Shown: positions 45,750-57,335 of the stretch, one piece after another | Numbering within the stretch: the stretch's first letter is position 1 | Layout: the number at the start of each line of letters is the position of its first letter | Assembly (NCBI GenBank): GCA_964488255.1 | Contig: CAZAUR010000009.1 | Location: forward strand, 81,581 to 145,580 | DNA: 64,000 nt | Direction of reading: 5' to 3' | Origin: an uncultured Spirochaetaceae bacterium | GTDB taxonomy: Bacteria > Myxococcota_A > UBA9160 > UBA4427 | Notes under the pieces: generated by a model | The model's input: the letters and a program-made list of their open reading frames with translations, nothing else | Database searches by the model: none | Told to the model about the DNA's origin: nothing | Translations under genes and position numbers: made by a program

Positions 45750-45950
45750 CCGGCGGGCGCTCCCCTACTCCACTCTTTTCGGCCGACGACCGGCGAAGAA
45801 TGAGCAAGGAGCGCGCTCTGGCAGGACTTTCGATCGAGACGCATCCGACGAAGGGAAACGCCCCGCGGGGCTCCAGATCGAAGTCAGGTGGAGTCGGTCC
45901 CGGTCCGGGTCAGCCCGCCGGCCCTTCGACCGAGCCCTCAGCCCAGCGCT

Positions 45951-46868
45951 TCAGCGCGACAAAAGATGTTCGAGGATCGCGTTCTGGGCGTGCAGGCGGT
46001 TCTCGGCCTGGTCGAAGACGATGCTGCGGGGCCCGTCGAGGACCTCGCCGGTGACTTCCTCGCCGCGGTGGGCCGGCAGGCAGTGCATCACGCGCGCATC
46101 GTTCGAGTGGGAGAGGAGCTCTCCATTCACCTGGTAGTCCCGGAAGATCTTCCGGCGGATCTCCGCCTCTTGCTCCTGGCCCATGCTGGTCCAGGTGTCG
46201 GTGTAGACGAAGTCGACGCCGCGGACGGCTTCCATCGGATCCTCCGTGAGCTCGATCTCGGCGCCGCTCTCGCTGGCGAGGGGGCGGGCGCGCTCGAGGA
46301 TCCGGGGCGAAGGGCGATGGCTCGCCGGGGTCGCGATGTGCAGCCGGAGGCCGAGCACCGCCGCCAGCAGGATCAACGAGTTCACGACGTTGTTGCCGTC
46401 GCCGACGTAGGCGATCGACGCCTCCTGGGGCTTCACGTACTGCGCGATCGTCACGAGGTCGGCCATCGCCTGGCACGGATGCAGCAGGTCGGTCAGGCCG
46501 TTGATCACCGGGATGGTCGCGTCCGCCGCGAGCTGTTCGACCAGCTCGTGCGAGAAGGTCCGCGCCATCAGGCAGTCGACCCAGCGCGACAGCGCCCGCG
46601 CCACATCGGCCGGAGACTCCCGCGTGCCGATCCCGATCTGCTCGGGCTTGAGCAGGATGCCGTGACCGCCGAGATGCGCGATCCCGGCTTCGAAGGTGAC
46701 GTGCGTTCGCAACGACGGCTTCTCGAAGTACATCGCGAGGGTGCGCCCTTCGAGGGTGCGCGGTCGCTTGCCCTCTCGATGGGCCGTCCGCAGGCTCGCC
46801 GCCCGATCCGCCATCGACCACAGGTCGTCGGCGCTCCAGTCCGCCACGCTCAGGAAGTCCTTGGGCAT
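45951..46868 (-). CDS. argF: Ornithine carbamoyltransferase
   Basis: FEKPSLRTHVTFE, HPCQAMADL and MHCLPAHRGEEV. Confidence 0.93.
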   Translation of the reverse strand: MPKDFLSVADWSADDLWSMADRAASLRTAHREGKRPRTLEGRTLAMYFEKPSLRTHVTFEAGIAHLGGHGILLKPEQIGIGTRESPADVARALSRWVDCLMARTFSHELVEQLAADATIPVINGLTDLLHPCQAMADLVTIAQYVKPQEASIAYVGDGNNVVNSLILLAAVLGLRLHIATPASHRPSPRILERARPLASESGAEIELTEDPMEAVRGVDFVYTDTWTSMGQEQEAEIRRKIFRDYQVNGELLSHSNDARVMHCLPAHRGEEVTGEVLDGPRSIVFDQAENRLHAQNAILEHLLSR

Positions 46869-46902
46869 CAGGAGACCATCCGAATCGACGCGTACTTCCG
46901 CA

Positions 46903-47757
46903 TCAGGGCACCAGCAGCGTGCCGACGCCGGCGTCGTCGCTGAAGATTTCGAGCAGGACGGCGTGCTGGACCCGGCCGTCGACGACGTGGGTGCGCGCGA
47001 CGCCGGCGGAGAGGGCCTCCATGCAGCACTCCATCTTCGGGATCATGCCACCCTTGATCGTGCCGTCGCCGATCAGCTCGCGGCATTGCTCGGTCGTGAG
47101 CTCGCTGATCAATTGACTTCGTCCGTCGAGGACGCCCTCGACGTCGGTCAACAGGATCAGCTTCTCGGCGCCGAGCGCCGACGCCAGCGCGCCGGCCGCC
47201 TCGTCCGCGTTCACGTTGTGCGAGACGCCGTCGGCGTCGACGCCGATCGGCGCCACGACCGGGACGAAGCCCGCGTCCTGCGCGGCCATCACGATGTAGG
47301 GGTCGACGCGGCTCACCTCGCCGACCCGGCCGAGGTCCTGGCCGTTGATCCGCTTCTGCTCGACGCGCAGCATGCCGCCGTCGCTGCCCGTGAAGCCGAC
47401 ACCGGAGCCGCCCGCCTGCTGGATGAGCTGGACGATCTCCCGGTTGATCCGCCCCCCGAGCACCATCTCGACGACTTCCATCGTCTGGGCGTCGGTCACG
47501 CGTCGCCCCTCGACGAAGGTCGACTGCTTGCCCATCGCCTCGAGGGTCTTGCCGATCTGCGGGCCGCCGCCGTGGACGATCACCGGGCGCACGCCGATGT
47601 GCTTGAGCAGCACGACGTCGGCCGCGAAGGACGCCTGGAGCGCCTCGTCGGTCATCGCGTGGCCGCCGTACTTGATGACGATGGTCTTGCCCATCAGGCG
47701 CTGCATGTAGGGCAGCGCCTCCATCAGGACCTTGGCTTTGTCGACGAGCTGCTTCAT
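46903..47757 (-). CDS. argB: Acetylglutamate kinase
   Basis: IVIKYGGHAM, VIVHGGGPQIG and the NVNADEAAGALA region. Confidence 0.94.
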   Translation of the reverse strand: MKQLVDKAKVLMEALPYMQRLMGKTIVIKYGGHAMTDEALQASFAADVVLLKHIGVRPVIVHGGGPQIGKTLEAMGKQSTFVEGRRVTDAQTMEVVEMVLGGRINREIVQLIQQAGGSGVGFTGSDGGMLRVEQKRINGQDLGRVGEVSRVDPYIVMAAQDAGFVPVVAPIGVDADGVSHNVNADEAAGALASALGAEKLILLTDVEGVLDGRSQLISELTTEQCRELIGDGTIKGGMIPKMECCMEALSAGVARTHVVDGRVQHAVLLEIFSDDAGVGTLLVP

Positions 47758-47795
47758 GGATCCGTGTGCAGGGGGCCCTCAACGTACGTCGCGGC

Positions 47796-49364
47796 CTACG
47801 ACCGCGCGTTCTTCCGGGCTTCTGCGACCTCCTCGATACTTTGAAGCAGGGAACGGTACAGGAGGACGTTGCGGACGGCCGCCGAAAAGGCCGCGCCGAG
47901 CACTTCCGCCGTTCGCGGGGACGCGGGGGCGCCCTCGGGCAGGAACGCCCGCAGGACGCCTACGGCCTTCTCCCGGAGCCGGATCGGCACGCAGATGAAG
48001 GGCCGCGGCAGCCCGTCGTCCGGGGTATCGACCGCCGGATCGAATCGGCCGTCGTCCGCGGGCTTCGGCGCGGCCACGAGCTGCGAGGCCTGCAGCACGC
48101 CCCCGGTGAGCCCGCGATCGAGGGGCAGCGTCTCGCGATCCGCGGCGATGCCCCCGTCGAGTCCGGCTTCCAGAACGAGCTCCGTGCCCTCCTGGTTCGT
48201 CAGGTAGAGCGAGACGGGCGCCGCGTGCAGCCGCTTCGCGACGGCATCGAGGGCCGAGCGCATCACGCGATCGGGCTCGACCTCGGCCGCGACCGATTCG
48301 CAGACCGCCTGGGCGAGCTCCGCGTCGCCGTCGACGCTGTCGAGCAGGTCGAGCGTTGCGATGCCGTCGCTGAAGGTCGTCGTCCCGTCGCCTCCGTCGC
48401 CGGTCCCCGCCAACAGCTGTTCGACCTCCGGGTCCGCCGCCAGGAACTCGGAGATCTGCATCCCGAGCAGGCGCAGCACGTTCGTCTCCTCGAGCGAGAG
48501 CCCGTCCGCGTCCTCGCCCTCGGTCAGGCAGAGGACACCGACCGGCACACCCAGACACACGAGCGGCACGCACGCGAAGCCCTGGGTGTCGTAGTTGCCC
48601 GGACCGCGGCCGGAGAAGCGCGAATCCACTTCGACGTCGGGGACGCAGAGGACGTTGCCGTCGGCGAAGCAGGTGCCGGAGGCGCCCTCCCCGATCTTGC
48701 GCGCCGACATGGTCGTCGTGTCGATGTCGGTCCCCCGCGCAGCGACCACCGACAGGAACTCGCGGTCGGCGTCCGCGAGCATCAGGCTCGCGCGACTCGC
48801 CTGGAGCACGATGCTCGCTGAATCCACGATCCCCTGACGCAGAACCGAGACGCGCTCCTCGGGCGCTGCCAGGCGCACGACCTGGGACAGCCGCTCCATG
48901 CCTTCGACGAGCCGGTCGATCCGCTGGCGCAGACGCTTGCGCGCGGCGTTCGCCTCGTAGCCCTCGAGCGCGCGCCCGACGGCGAGGACCAGCTCTTCGT
49001 CGTGGAGCGGCTTCGCGAGATAGTCCGCGGCGCCGAGCCGCAGCGCCTCGAGCACGATCTCCTGATCGGTGGAGGCGGACAGCATGATCACCGACAGCTC
49101 CGGGCGCATCTCGCGGATCACCGCCAGGACCTGGATGCCGTCGATGTCCGGCAGCCGCACGTCGAGCACCACGACCCCGATCGCCGGATCCGCCGCGCGC
49201 TCGATCGCGGCTTCGCCCGTGTCGGCGCGCACGGTCTCGAATCCGCCCTCAGTCAGGATCTCGTCGATCGCCTCGAGGAAGAAGATCTCGTCGTCGACGA
49301 TCAATACGCGGCTGCGCGCTGCGCGCGCGGGCCGGCTCGGCGTCTCACTCATGTGTCCCCCCAA
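47796..49364 (-). CDS. Response regulator with a receiver domain and two GAF domains (no recognisable output domain)
   Basis: Receiver VLIVDDE...VVLDVRLPDIDG...YLAKP, followed by two GAF-like segments (GFACVPLVCLGVPVGVLCL; FICVPIRLREKAVGVLRAF). Confidence 0.8.
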   Translation of the reverse strand: MGGHMSETPSRPARAARSRVLIVDDEIFFLEAIDEILTEGGFETVRADTGEAAIERAADPAIGVVVLDVRLPDIDGIQVLAVIREMRPELSVIMLSASTDQEIVLEALRLGAADYLAKPLHDEELVLAVGRALEGYEANAARKRLRQRIDRLVEGMERLSQVVRLAAPEERVSVLRQGIVDSASIVLQASRASLMLADADREFLSVVAARGTDIDTTTMSARKIGEGASGTCFADGNVLCVPDVEVDSRFSGRGPGNYDTQGFACVPLVCLGVPVGVLCLTEGEDADGLSLEETNVLRLLGMQISEFLAADPEVEQLLAGTGDGGDGTTTFSDGIATLDLLDSVDGDAELAQAVCESVAAEVEPDRVMRSALDAVAKRLHAAPVSLYLTNQEGTELVLEAGLDGGIAADRETLPLDRGLTGGVLQASQLVAAPKPADDGRFDPAVDTPDDGLPRPFICVPIRLREKAVGVLRAFLPEGAPASPRTAEVLGAAFSAAVRNVLLYRSLLQSIEEVAEARKNARS

Positions 49365-49412
49365 CGAACCCGGGTCCCAGGACCCGCGTCCAGCGCAGCG
49401 TCGCTGCGCGCT

Positions 49413-50785
<1,373 letters not shown>

Positions 50786-50789
<4 letters not shown>

Positions 50790-51331
50790 GGCAGCGTCTC
50801 CAGCGAGATGTTCGCATTCGTATAGATGCAGATCTCGGCGGCGACCTCGAGGGCCGCGCGGACGATCTCCTCGGCCTCGAGCTCCGTGTGCCGCATGAGC
50901 GAGCGCGCCGCCGCGAGCGCGTAGGACCCGCCGGAGCCGATCGCCGCGACGCCGTCGTCGGGCTCGATCACGTCGCCGTTGCCCGACACCATGAGCAGCG
51001 TCTCGGCATCGCCTAGCAGGATCATCGCCTCGAGCTTCCGCAGCACGCGATCCGTCCGCCAGTCACGCGCGAGCTCGACCGCCGCGCGGCGGACGTTCCC
51101 CGGATGGGTCTCGAACTTGCCCTCGAGCCGCTCGAGCAGCGTGAGCGCGTCCGCGACGCCCCCCGCGAAGCCCACGAGCGCGCGTCCCTTGCCGACCTTG
51201 CGGACCTTGTCCGCGCCCTGCTTCATCACGGTCTCGCCGAGGGTGACCTGCCCGTCCGCGCCGAGCGCGAGCCGCCCGTTGCGCAGGACCGCGACCACCG
51301 TCGTCGAGCGTGCTTTGTCCGATCCGTTCAT
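50786..51331 (-). CDS. hslV: ATP-dependent protease subunit HslV
   Basis: [22 protein letters not shown] (N-terminal Thr nucleophile region) and [14 protein letters not shown]. Overlaps hslU. Confidence 0.95.
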
Positions 51332-52329
51332 CGTTGCGTCTTCTTCTTTCGTCGCTGCGGAGCGCCACCGCTCGCGGACCCGCCGTTCGGCAGCGCGCGG
51401 GGGTGGGCCCGATCATAGACGTCGCGCAGGTGCTCGATCGACACCGCGGTGTATTTCTGGGTGGTCGAGAGGCTCGCGTGCCCGAGGAGCTCCTGGATCT
51501 CGCGCAAGTCCGCGCCCATGTCGAGCAGGTGGGTCGCGTAGCTGTGCCGCAACCGGTGCGGATGGACGTGCTCGCCCAGGTCCGCCCGCACGGCGCGTTC
51601 GCCGAGGATGCGCCGGGCCTCGCGCGCAGCCAGGCGCCGGGGCTGCTCTTCGCGCCGCGCACGCAGCGAGATGAAGAGCGGCTCGCTCATCAGGCCGGGG
51701 TGACGACGCACGTCGAGCCAGGCCGAGAGCGCCTCCCGCGCCTGCGCGGGGATCGGCACGATGCGCTCCTTGCCGCCCTTGCCCATCACGCGCACTTCCT
51801 GGGCGCGCAGCTCGAGGTCGCGCACGTCGAGCGCGACGAGCTCTCCGATCCGGATGCCGGTACCGTAGAGCAGCTCGACCAGGGCGCGATCGCGCAGGGA
51901 CATCCACGTGTGTCGCCGCGCGCGGTCACCGCCCTCCGGCGCGGACTGGTTCACGACCCGCTCGTCCTTCGTGATCAGCTGCTCGCAATCGTCGACCGAC
52001 AGCGGTCGCGGCAGCCGCTTCTCGAGCTTCGGCATCGGCAGCCCCGCCGTCGGGTCGTCCCCACGGACGCCCTCTCGAACGAGCCAGCGAAAGAAGCAGC
52101 GCACACTCGCGAGCTTGCGCCCCATCGTGGCCGGGCTGCGGCGTCGATGCAGACTCGCCAGCCAGGCGCGCACGTGGTCCGCGTCGACCGCCGCCGGCTG
52201 CACCTCGGAGCCGGTGTGCACCGTCAGCTGCCGCACGTCGGACTCGTAGGCGCGCCGCGTATTCGGCGAGAGCCCGCGCTCGATCCCGAGATGGCGGCCG
52301 AAGTCGTCGATCGCCTGGCTCCAGTTCAC
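51328..52329 (-). CDS. xerC: Tyrosine recombinase XerC/XerD family
   Basis: Catalytic region [42 protein letters not shown] 52329 ([10 protein letters not shown]) is proposed. Sits in the housekeeping trmFO-xerC-hslVU context. Confidence 0.85.
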   Translation of the reverse strand: MNWSQAIDDFGRHLGIERGLSPNTRRAYESDVRQLTVHTGSEVQPAAVDADHVRAWLASLHRRRSPATMGRKLASVRCFFRWLVREGVRGDDPTAGLPMPKLEKRLPRPLSVDDCEQLITKDERVVNQSAPEGGDRARRHTWMSLRDRALVELLYGTGIRIGELVALDVRDLELRAQEVRVMGKGGKERIVPIPAQAREALSAWLDVRRHPGLMSEPLFISLRARREEQPRRLAAREARRILGERAVRADLGEHVHPHRLRHSYATHLLDMGADLREIQELLGHASLSTTQKYTAVSIEHLRDVYDRAHPRALPNGGSASGGAPQRRKKKTQR

Positions 52330-52360
52330 GCCTCGACCCTTTCCATCGCGCTGCTCGCGA

Positions 52361-53785
52361 TCACGCCGCGACCCCCTCGAGATATTCCGTGAGGCGTTCG
52401 AGGGCGCGCTCCGCGAGCTTCTGGTTCTTCTCGCGCTTCGGGAGCTTCTTGCGTCGTCCGCCCTCCGGCCGCGGCGGCCGCAGCACATCGCGATCGAGGG
52501 CTGGAAAGAGCCCGTAGTTGACGTTCATCGGCTGGAAGTGCTTCGCGTCGGCGTTCTGCAGATGCCGCAACAACGCCCCATGCGCGGTCTCGGGCGGCGG
52601 CGCCGCGTGCGGCAGACCGAGCACGCTGCGCGCGACGTCGACACCGACGAGCAAGCCGAGCGCCGCCGACTCGACGTAGCCCTCGACGCCGGCCATCTGC
52701 CCGGCGAGGTGCACGCCGGGGAGTGCCCTCAGCTGCAGGCGCTCGTCGAGCTTGGTCGGCGCGTTCACGTACGTGTTGCGATGAATCGAGCCGAAGCGCG
52801 CGAAGACCGCCTTCTCGAGCCCGGGCAGCATGCGGAAGATGCGCTTCTGCTCGCCGACACGCAGCTTCGTCTGGCAACCGACGAGGTTCCAGAGCGTGCC
52901 CTGGGCGTCCTCCTGTCGGAGCTGCACGACCGCATGGGGACGCTTGCCGGTCCGCGGGTCCATCAGGCCCACGGGCTTCATCGGACCGAACGCCAGGGTG
53001 CGACGCCCCCGCCACGCCATCTCCTCGATCGGCAGGCAGCCCTCGAAGTAGAGCGCCGCCTCGAACTCGTGGAGCGGCACGGTCTCCGCTTCGAGCAACG
53101 CGTCGACGAGCGCCTCGTACTCGTCCCGGGAGAGCGGCACGTTCAGGTAGTCGCCCGCCTCTTCATCGCCCGTGTCATAACGCGATGCGCGGAACACGAC
53201 GTCCGTGTCGATCGAGTCCGCGTAGATCGTCGGGCTGATCGCATCGTAGAAGTAGAGGTACTCCTCACCGAGCACCCGGCCGAGATCCGCGGCAAGGTCG
53301 CCGTCCGTGAGCGGACCGGTCGCGAGGATCACCGGGCGCTCGTCCGGGATCGTGACCACGCGCTCGCGCACGATCTCGATGTTCGGGTGGTTCTCGATCG
53401 ATTCGGTGATCGTGCGGGCGAAGCGAACGCGGTCGACCGCGAGGGCCTTGCCGGCGGGCACCGCCGTCTCGTCCGCTGCGCGCAGGACGAGGGAGCCGAG
53501 CCGGCGCATCTCCTCCTTGAGCAGACCGACGGCGTTGCCGAGCGTGTTGGCGCGGAGCGAGTTGCTGCAGACGAGCTCGGCGAAGTCCTCCGAGGCGTGG
53601 GCCGGGGAGAGCTGCTCGGGCTTCATGTCGTAGAGGCGGACGGGGACGCCGCGGATCGCGAGCTGCCAGGCAGCTTCACTGCCCGCCAGTCCGGCGCCGA
53701 TCACGCTGACGGGCGGAGGAGTGCCTCCGGCGGACTGGCCGGTCCGCCCCTCCCCATCACCCGCTTCGCCACCCGACGCGACCAC
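52361..53785 (-). CDS. trmFO: Methylenetetrahydrofolate--tRNA-(uracil-5-)-methyltransferase TrmFO
   Basis: VIGAGLAGSEAAWQ FAD fold and FAELVCSNSLR. GTG 53785 is preceded by AGGAG 8 nt upstream. Start is of moderate confidence. Confidence 0.88.
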   Translation of the reverse strand: MVASGGEAGDGEGRTGQSAGGTPPPVSVIGAGLAGSEAAWQLAIRGVPVRLYDMKPEQLSPAHASEDFAELVCSNSLRANTLGNAVGLLKEEMRRLGSLVLRAADETAVPAGKALAVDRVRFARTITESIENHPNIEIVRERVVTIPDERPVILATGPLTDGDLAADLGRVLGEEYLYFYDAISPTIYADSIDTDVVFRASRYDTGDEEAGDYLNVPLSRDEYEALVDALLEAETVPLHEFEAALYFEGCLPIEEMAWRGRRTLAFGPMKPVGLMDPRTGKRPHAVVQLRQEDAQGTLWNLVGCQTKLRVGEQKRIFRMLPGLEKAVFARFGSIHRNTYVNAPTKLDERLQLRALPGVHLAGQMAGVEGYVESAALGLLVGVDVARSVLGLPHAAPPPETAHGALLRHLQNADAKHFQPMNVNYGLFPALDRDVLRPPRPEGGRRKKLPKREKNQKLAERALERLTEYLEGVAA

Positions 53786-54028
53786 TGCCTCGCTCCTCTG
53801 CCGATCGATGGCACGACGCACACGGCGACTGGACCACGCCGCCCTCGGTCGCGGGCAGCGGGTCGTCGATTCGCGCGGGGCCGTTCGACAGCGCCGACCC
53901 TTCGGCCGGCCACTCTTGTTCGGGGGGTCGCCCTGTCCACGGGGCGTCGGACCCAGCGTAGCGAAGGGCCGCTCCTCCTGCGGCCTCCGCCCCCCATTCA
54001 CTGCCCGTCGCGCGCACGGAGGCGGGGC

Positions 54029-55264
54029 TCAGCCGCTGCGGTGGAAGCGCCCGTCGCGCTCGATTCCGATCCGGCCATCGAGCTCGAGATCGATCAGTCG
54101 CTCGGCCAGCTGCGCCGGCTCGGCGTCGATCCGTTCGGTCAACGCGTCGAGCGAGAGCGGTTCGTCGGCCAGCGCACGCAGGATCTCGCCCTCGAGCGCG
54201 TCGCGCGATCGGGGTTCGCTGGCTCGCGTGGCGGGTGTGGAGATCGGCGTTCGCTCGGGCCGCTCCGCGCTTCCCTCCTCGGTCCAGCCGAGATCCTCGA
54301 GCACGTCCGCAACCGACAAGATCGCCCTCGCCCCGTCCCGCAGGAGCCGATTGCTGCCGACCGCGAAGGGACCCTCGAGCGCACCCGGCAGGACGAAGAC
54401 CTCACGGCCTTGCTCGAGGGCATGACGGACGGTGATCAGCGAGCCGCTCCGGGCTCTCGCCTCCGAGACGATCACCCCCTGGCACAGCCCGCTGATGATT
54501 CGATTGCGGAGCGGGAAGAGCTCCCGGCGCGGCGAGGTGCCGAGCGGCATCTCCGAAACCACCGCGCCGGACGCGGCGACCTCCTCCGCGAGGGCACGAT
54601 GTTCCGGGGGGTAGGTCTGGTCGATGCCGCAAGCGAGGACGCCCACGCTCACCCCGCCGGCTTCGAGGGCGCCGCGGTGGGCCTCCGCGTCGATGCCACG
54701 CGCGAGCCCGGACACGATGGTGAGCCCGCGCGCCGCGAGGCCACGCGCGAGGCGACGCGTGTGGGTCCGCGCGGCGCGGGTCGCGGCGCGCGCCCCCACG
54801 ATCGCGATGGCCGGAGCGCCGAGCGCGCGCGGATCGCCACGCACGAGCAAGACCGGCGGCGCATCGGCGAGCGCGGCGAGGCGCGCCGGATAGTCGGGGT
54901 GCCCGAAAGGCAGTAGCCGCGCGTCGATCCGCTCGAGCGCGCGCACGTCGCGCTCGATGCGCGACGCGTTCACGCCACCCGCACTCGTGGCGAGGCCGGG
55001 GGGCAACGACGGCGGATCGTTCAGAACGCGGCGCGGATCGCGGACGCGCTCGAGCCGGTCGCGCACCCGCTCGGGAACGAAGGCGAAGCGGCGCTGGAGG
55101 CGGAGCCAGTCCGGCGCCTGCGCCGGCGCGAGCCCGCCTCGCTCGGGCGGCGTCGCAGGCGGAGATTCGAGCGGAGATGTAGGCGCGGACTCGGACGAGA
55201 GAGACGAATCGATCGAATCGGAGGCGGCGATGACGAACCTCTCGGGACCGGGACCACGCAGCAA
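54029..55264 (-). CDS. dprA: DNA processing protein DprA (Smf)
   Basis: IAIVGARAATRAA, IVSGLARGIDAEAHRGAL, FPLRNRIISGL and VVSEARARSGSLITVRHALEQGREVFVLPG. Confidence 0.9.
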   Translation of the reverse strand: MLRGPGPERFVIAASDSIDSSLSSESAPTSPLESPPATPPERGGLAPAQAPDWLRLQRRFAFVPERVRDRLERVRDPRRVLNDPPSLPPGLATSAGGVNASRIERDVRALERIDARLLPFGHPDYPARLAALADAPPVLLVRGDPRALGAPAIAIVGARAATRAARTHTRRLARGLAARGLTIVSGLARGIDAEAHRGALEAGGVSVGVLACGIDQTYPPEHRALAEEVAASGAVVSEMPLGTSPRRELFPLRNRIISGLCQGVIVSEARARSGSLITVRHALEQGREVFVLPGALEGPFAVGSNRLLRDGARAILSVADVLEDLGWTEEGSAERPERTPISTPATRASEPRSRDALEGEILRALADEPLSLDALTERIDAEPAQLAERLIDLELDGRIGIERDGRFHRSG

Positions 55265-55333
55265 AGCACGGAGCGCGAGCGCCGTCTCGCGCGGAACCCG
55301 CGTTCACGCCCTGCTCGCTCGCGATGCGAAGCC

Positions 55334-55379
55334 CAAAACGAGACGAGCCCGCGTCCGGAAACGTGGGCTCGCTCGTCTA
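55334..55379 (-). terminator. Candidate terminator after the LysM gene
   Basis: The minus strand has GACGAGCGAGCCC...GGGCTCGTCTCG followed by TTTT. The stem is imperfect, with 7-8 GC-rich pairs. Confidence 0.4.
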
Positions 55380-55418
55380 TGGGCTCGATTCCGGGCGCGT
55401 GCGCCCGGAACGTCGCGC

Positions 55419-57047
55419 TCAGTTCTGGGCGAGGGTCCGATCGACGACCGGCCGAACCGAGTCCCCGACGGCGATCTCGCGATCGGCGTAGAGCACGAAG
55501 GCGACGGAGCTCTCGGCGTCGACGGTGACGACCACGAGGGTCGCGACCGGCGTATCCGGCGTGCGCACGTCGACGCGTCGCTCGCGTTCGTTGAAGATCC
55601 GGCCGCTCGCGAAGACCTCGAGCTCGCTGCCGACCTCGAGGCCGTGGAACTCGCCGCGGTTCAGGTAGACGTACTCGCCGTCCGCCGCGAGGGTGCGATC
55701 CGACGGCAGGTAGACGACCTGACCATCGATCGCGTCCGGCGTCGACCGTAGGGACACGCGGCGCGGGAGCTGCTCCCGAACCATGATGCGCGCGCCGCGT
55801 CGGAACTCGGAGTAGGACTGGCGGATCTCCGCGATCGACGTGTCGCCGGTCAGCTCCTTCACCTCGAGCCAGCCGAGGTTCTCGACGTGATGGCCGAGGA
55901 GTCGGTTGGTCTCGATGTCGCGGACGTCGCCGAGGATCTCGAAGATCATGTACTGGTCGCCGACCTCGGCGTCCCCTTCTCCGATCCCGACGAAGACCTC
56001 GTCTCCCGCGGACAGGAAGGTCCGCGGCGAGGGGCTCTCGACGATCGTCGACGCGCCCTGCACGGCGTCCGTCGAGACGAAGCCGTACGAGTCACGGCGC
56101 GCGATCGTGATCGCACGACCGGCGGGTTGGGCGCTCGGCTCCTCGCCGGGAATCGCGACCGGGAACGCGTCGAGGGTCGACGGGTCGTCCTCGAGCACGG
56201 GCTCCATCGCCGCCAGGGGCGCAGGCTCTTCTTCGACCGAAATCGGCGGCAGCTCTTCGAAGACCGGCGCGTCGGTCGGCGCGGTCTCGTCGACGCTCGC
56301 CACGGTCTCTTCGACGACGGGTGCTTCGAGGAAGGACTCCGCCTCCGCGTCCGTGACGACGCGCATCTCGTTCGCGGTGATCCAGATCCGGTCCCCGGGC
56401 ACGATCAGGTGCGGGTTCGCGATGTCGTCGTTGTCGATCCAGACCGAGGGCCAGACCCAGGGCGTGCCGAGGTAGGCGGCCGAGAGGTCCCAGAGCGTGT
56501 CGCCGCGGGCGACGGTGTGCAATCGACCCGTGCGACCCCGGTCGTCGACGCCCACCGGACCGAGCACGACGCCGGCGACCGTGGTCGGTGCGGCGGTCTC
56601 GGGCTGGAGCGTGACGCCGGAAACATCGGCTTCGGTGGAATCGGGCGTGGCGATCTCGGCGACGGTGTCGATCGATGCGGGCGCGGCGGCCTCGGCGACG
56701 GTGTCGATCGATGCGGGCGCGGCGGCCTCGGCGACGGTGTCGATCGATGCGGGCGCGGCGGCCTCGGCGACGACCTCGGCCGCGTTCGGATTGCCCTCCT
56801 CGGGCGCGGTCGCCGCGACGACGGTGTCGTCATCGAACGTCGGCGCCGCTTCGGTCGGCTCGGCGACGGTCGCCGGGTCGAACTCGGGATCGTCGAACTG
56901 ATCCCAGGCGAGTGCGTCGTCGGTCGCCGCGGCGGCGGCCGGGACTTCCACCGCGGGTGCAGGCGCTTCGGCCACGTCCTCGGCAACGGCACCCCCGGCG
57001 ATCATCAGGGCCACCAGCGTGACGGAAAAGAGAAGGATTTCCCTCAT
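55419..57047 (-). CDS. LysM peptidoglycan-binding protein, TsaP-like
   Basis: Signal peptide ILLFSVTLVALMIAGGAVA, an acidic Ala/Pro-rich region with three 12-aa repeats and a LysM domain (HTVARGDTLWDLSAAYLGTPWVWPSVWIDNDDIANPHLIVPGDRIWI), then a C-terminal domain of about 300 aa. GGAGGA Shine-Dalgarno precedes ATG 57047. Adjacent to dprA. Confidence 0.75.
   Translation of the reverse strand: MREILLFSVTLVALMIAGGAVAEDVAEAPAPAVEVPAAAAATDDALAWDQFDDPEFDPATVAEPTEAAPTFDDDTVVAATAPEEGNPNAAEVVAEAAAPASIDTVAEAAAPASIDTVAEAAAPASIDTVAEIATPDSTEADVSGVTLQPETAAPTTVAGVVLGPVGVDDRGRTGRLHTVARGDTLWDLSAAYLGTPWVWPSVWIDNDDIANPHLIVPGDRIWITANEMRVVTDAEAESFLEAPVVEETVASVDETAPTDAPVFEELPPISVEEEPAPLAAMEPVLEDDPSTLDAFPVAIPGEEPSAQPAGRAITIARRDSYGFVSTDAVQGASTIVESPSPRTFLSAGDEVFVGIGEGDAEVGDQYMIFEILGDVRDIETNRLLGHHVENLGWLEVKELTGDTSIAEIRQSYSEFRRGARIMVREQLPRRVSLRSTPDAIDGQVVYLPSDRTLAADGEYVYLNRGEFHGLEVGSELEVFASGRIFNERERRVDVRTPDTPVATLVVVTVDAESSVAFVLYADREIAVGDSVRPVVDRTLAQN
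56655..56772. repeat. 36-bp in-frame tandem repeat (3 copies plus a partial) inside the LysM gene
   Basis: ctcggcgacggtgtcgatcgatgcgggcgcggcggc occurs three times and encodes ASIDTVAEAAAP. Confidence 0.85.
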
Positions 57048-57335
57048 GTGTTCCTCCATGGAGCGGACCCGCGATCGCATTGCGCTCGGGGTCGGAGGAC
57101 GTGGGCCCGTCGACGGACACACGTTCCCCTCCGGCCTGTCTATCGGCCCACACCGGGGAACTCTTGAACCGAGGAGCGGTGCTGACGGCCACGCCTGCAT
57201 ACCGGGTCGACCGGAGGGGAAATCCCTCAATCCTCAGCGGAATTCCGGTGATCGTCGACACCGAAACCATGACGGCCCGCTCCAGTCGGACCGGAACCGG
57301 CCGCTCGAACGGGTTCGAGGACGAGAGGCTGCGGG

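Noticed and set aside
51328-52329. Tyrosine recombinase as a possible integrase marking a mobile element or island.
   Set aside because: It sits in the widely conserved housekeeping order dprA - trmFO - xerC - hslV - hslU and overlaps hslV by 4 nt. No flanking direct repeats, tRNA target or compositional change are present. It is best read as chromosomal XerC/XerD.
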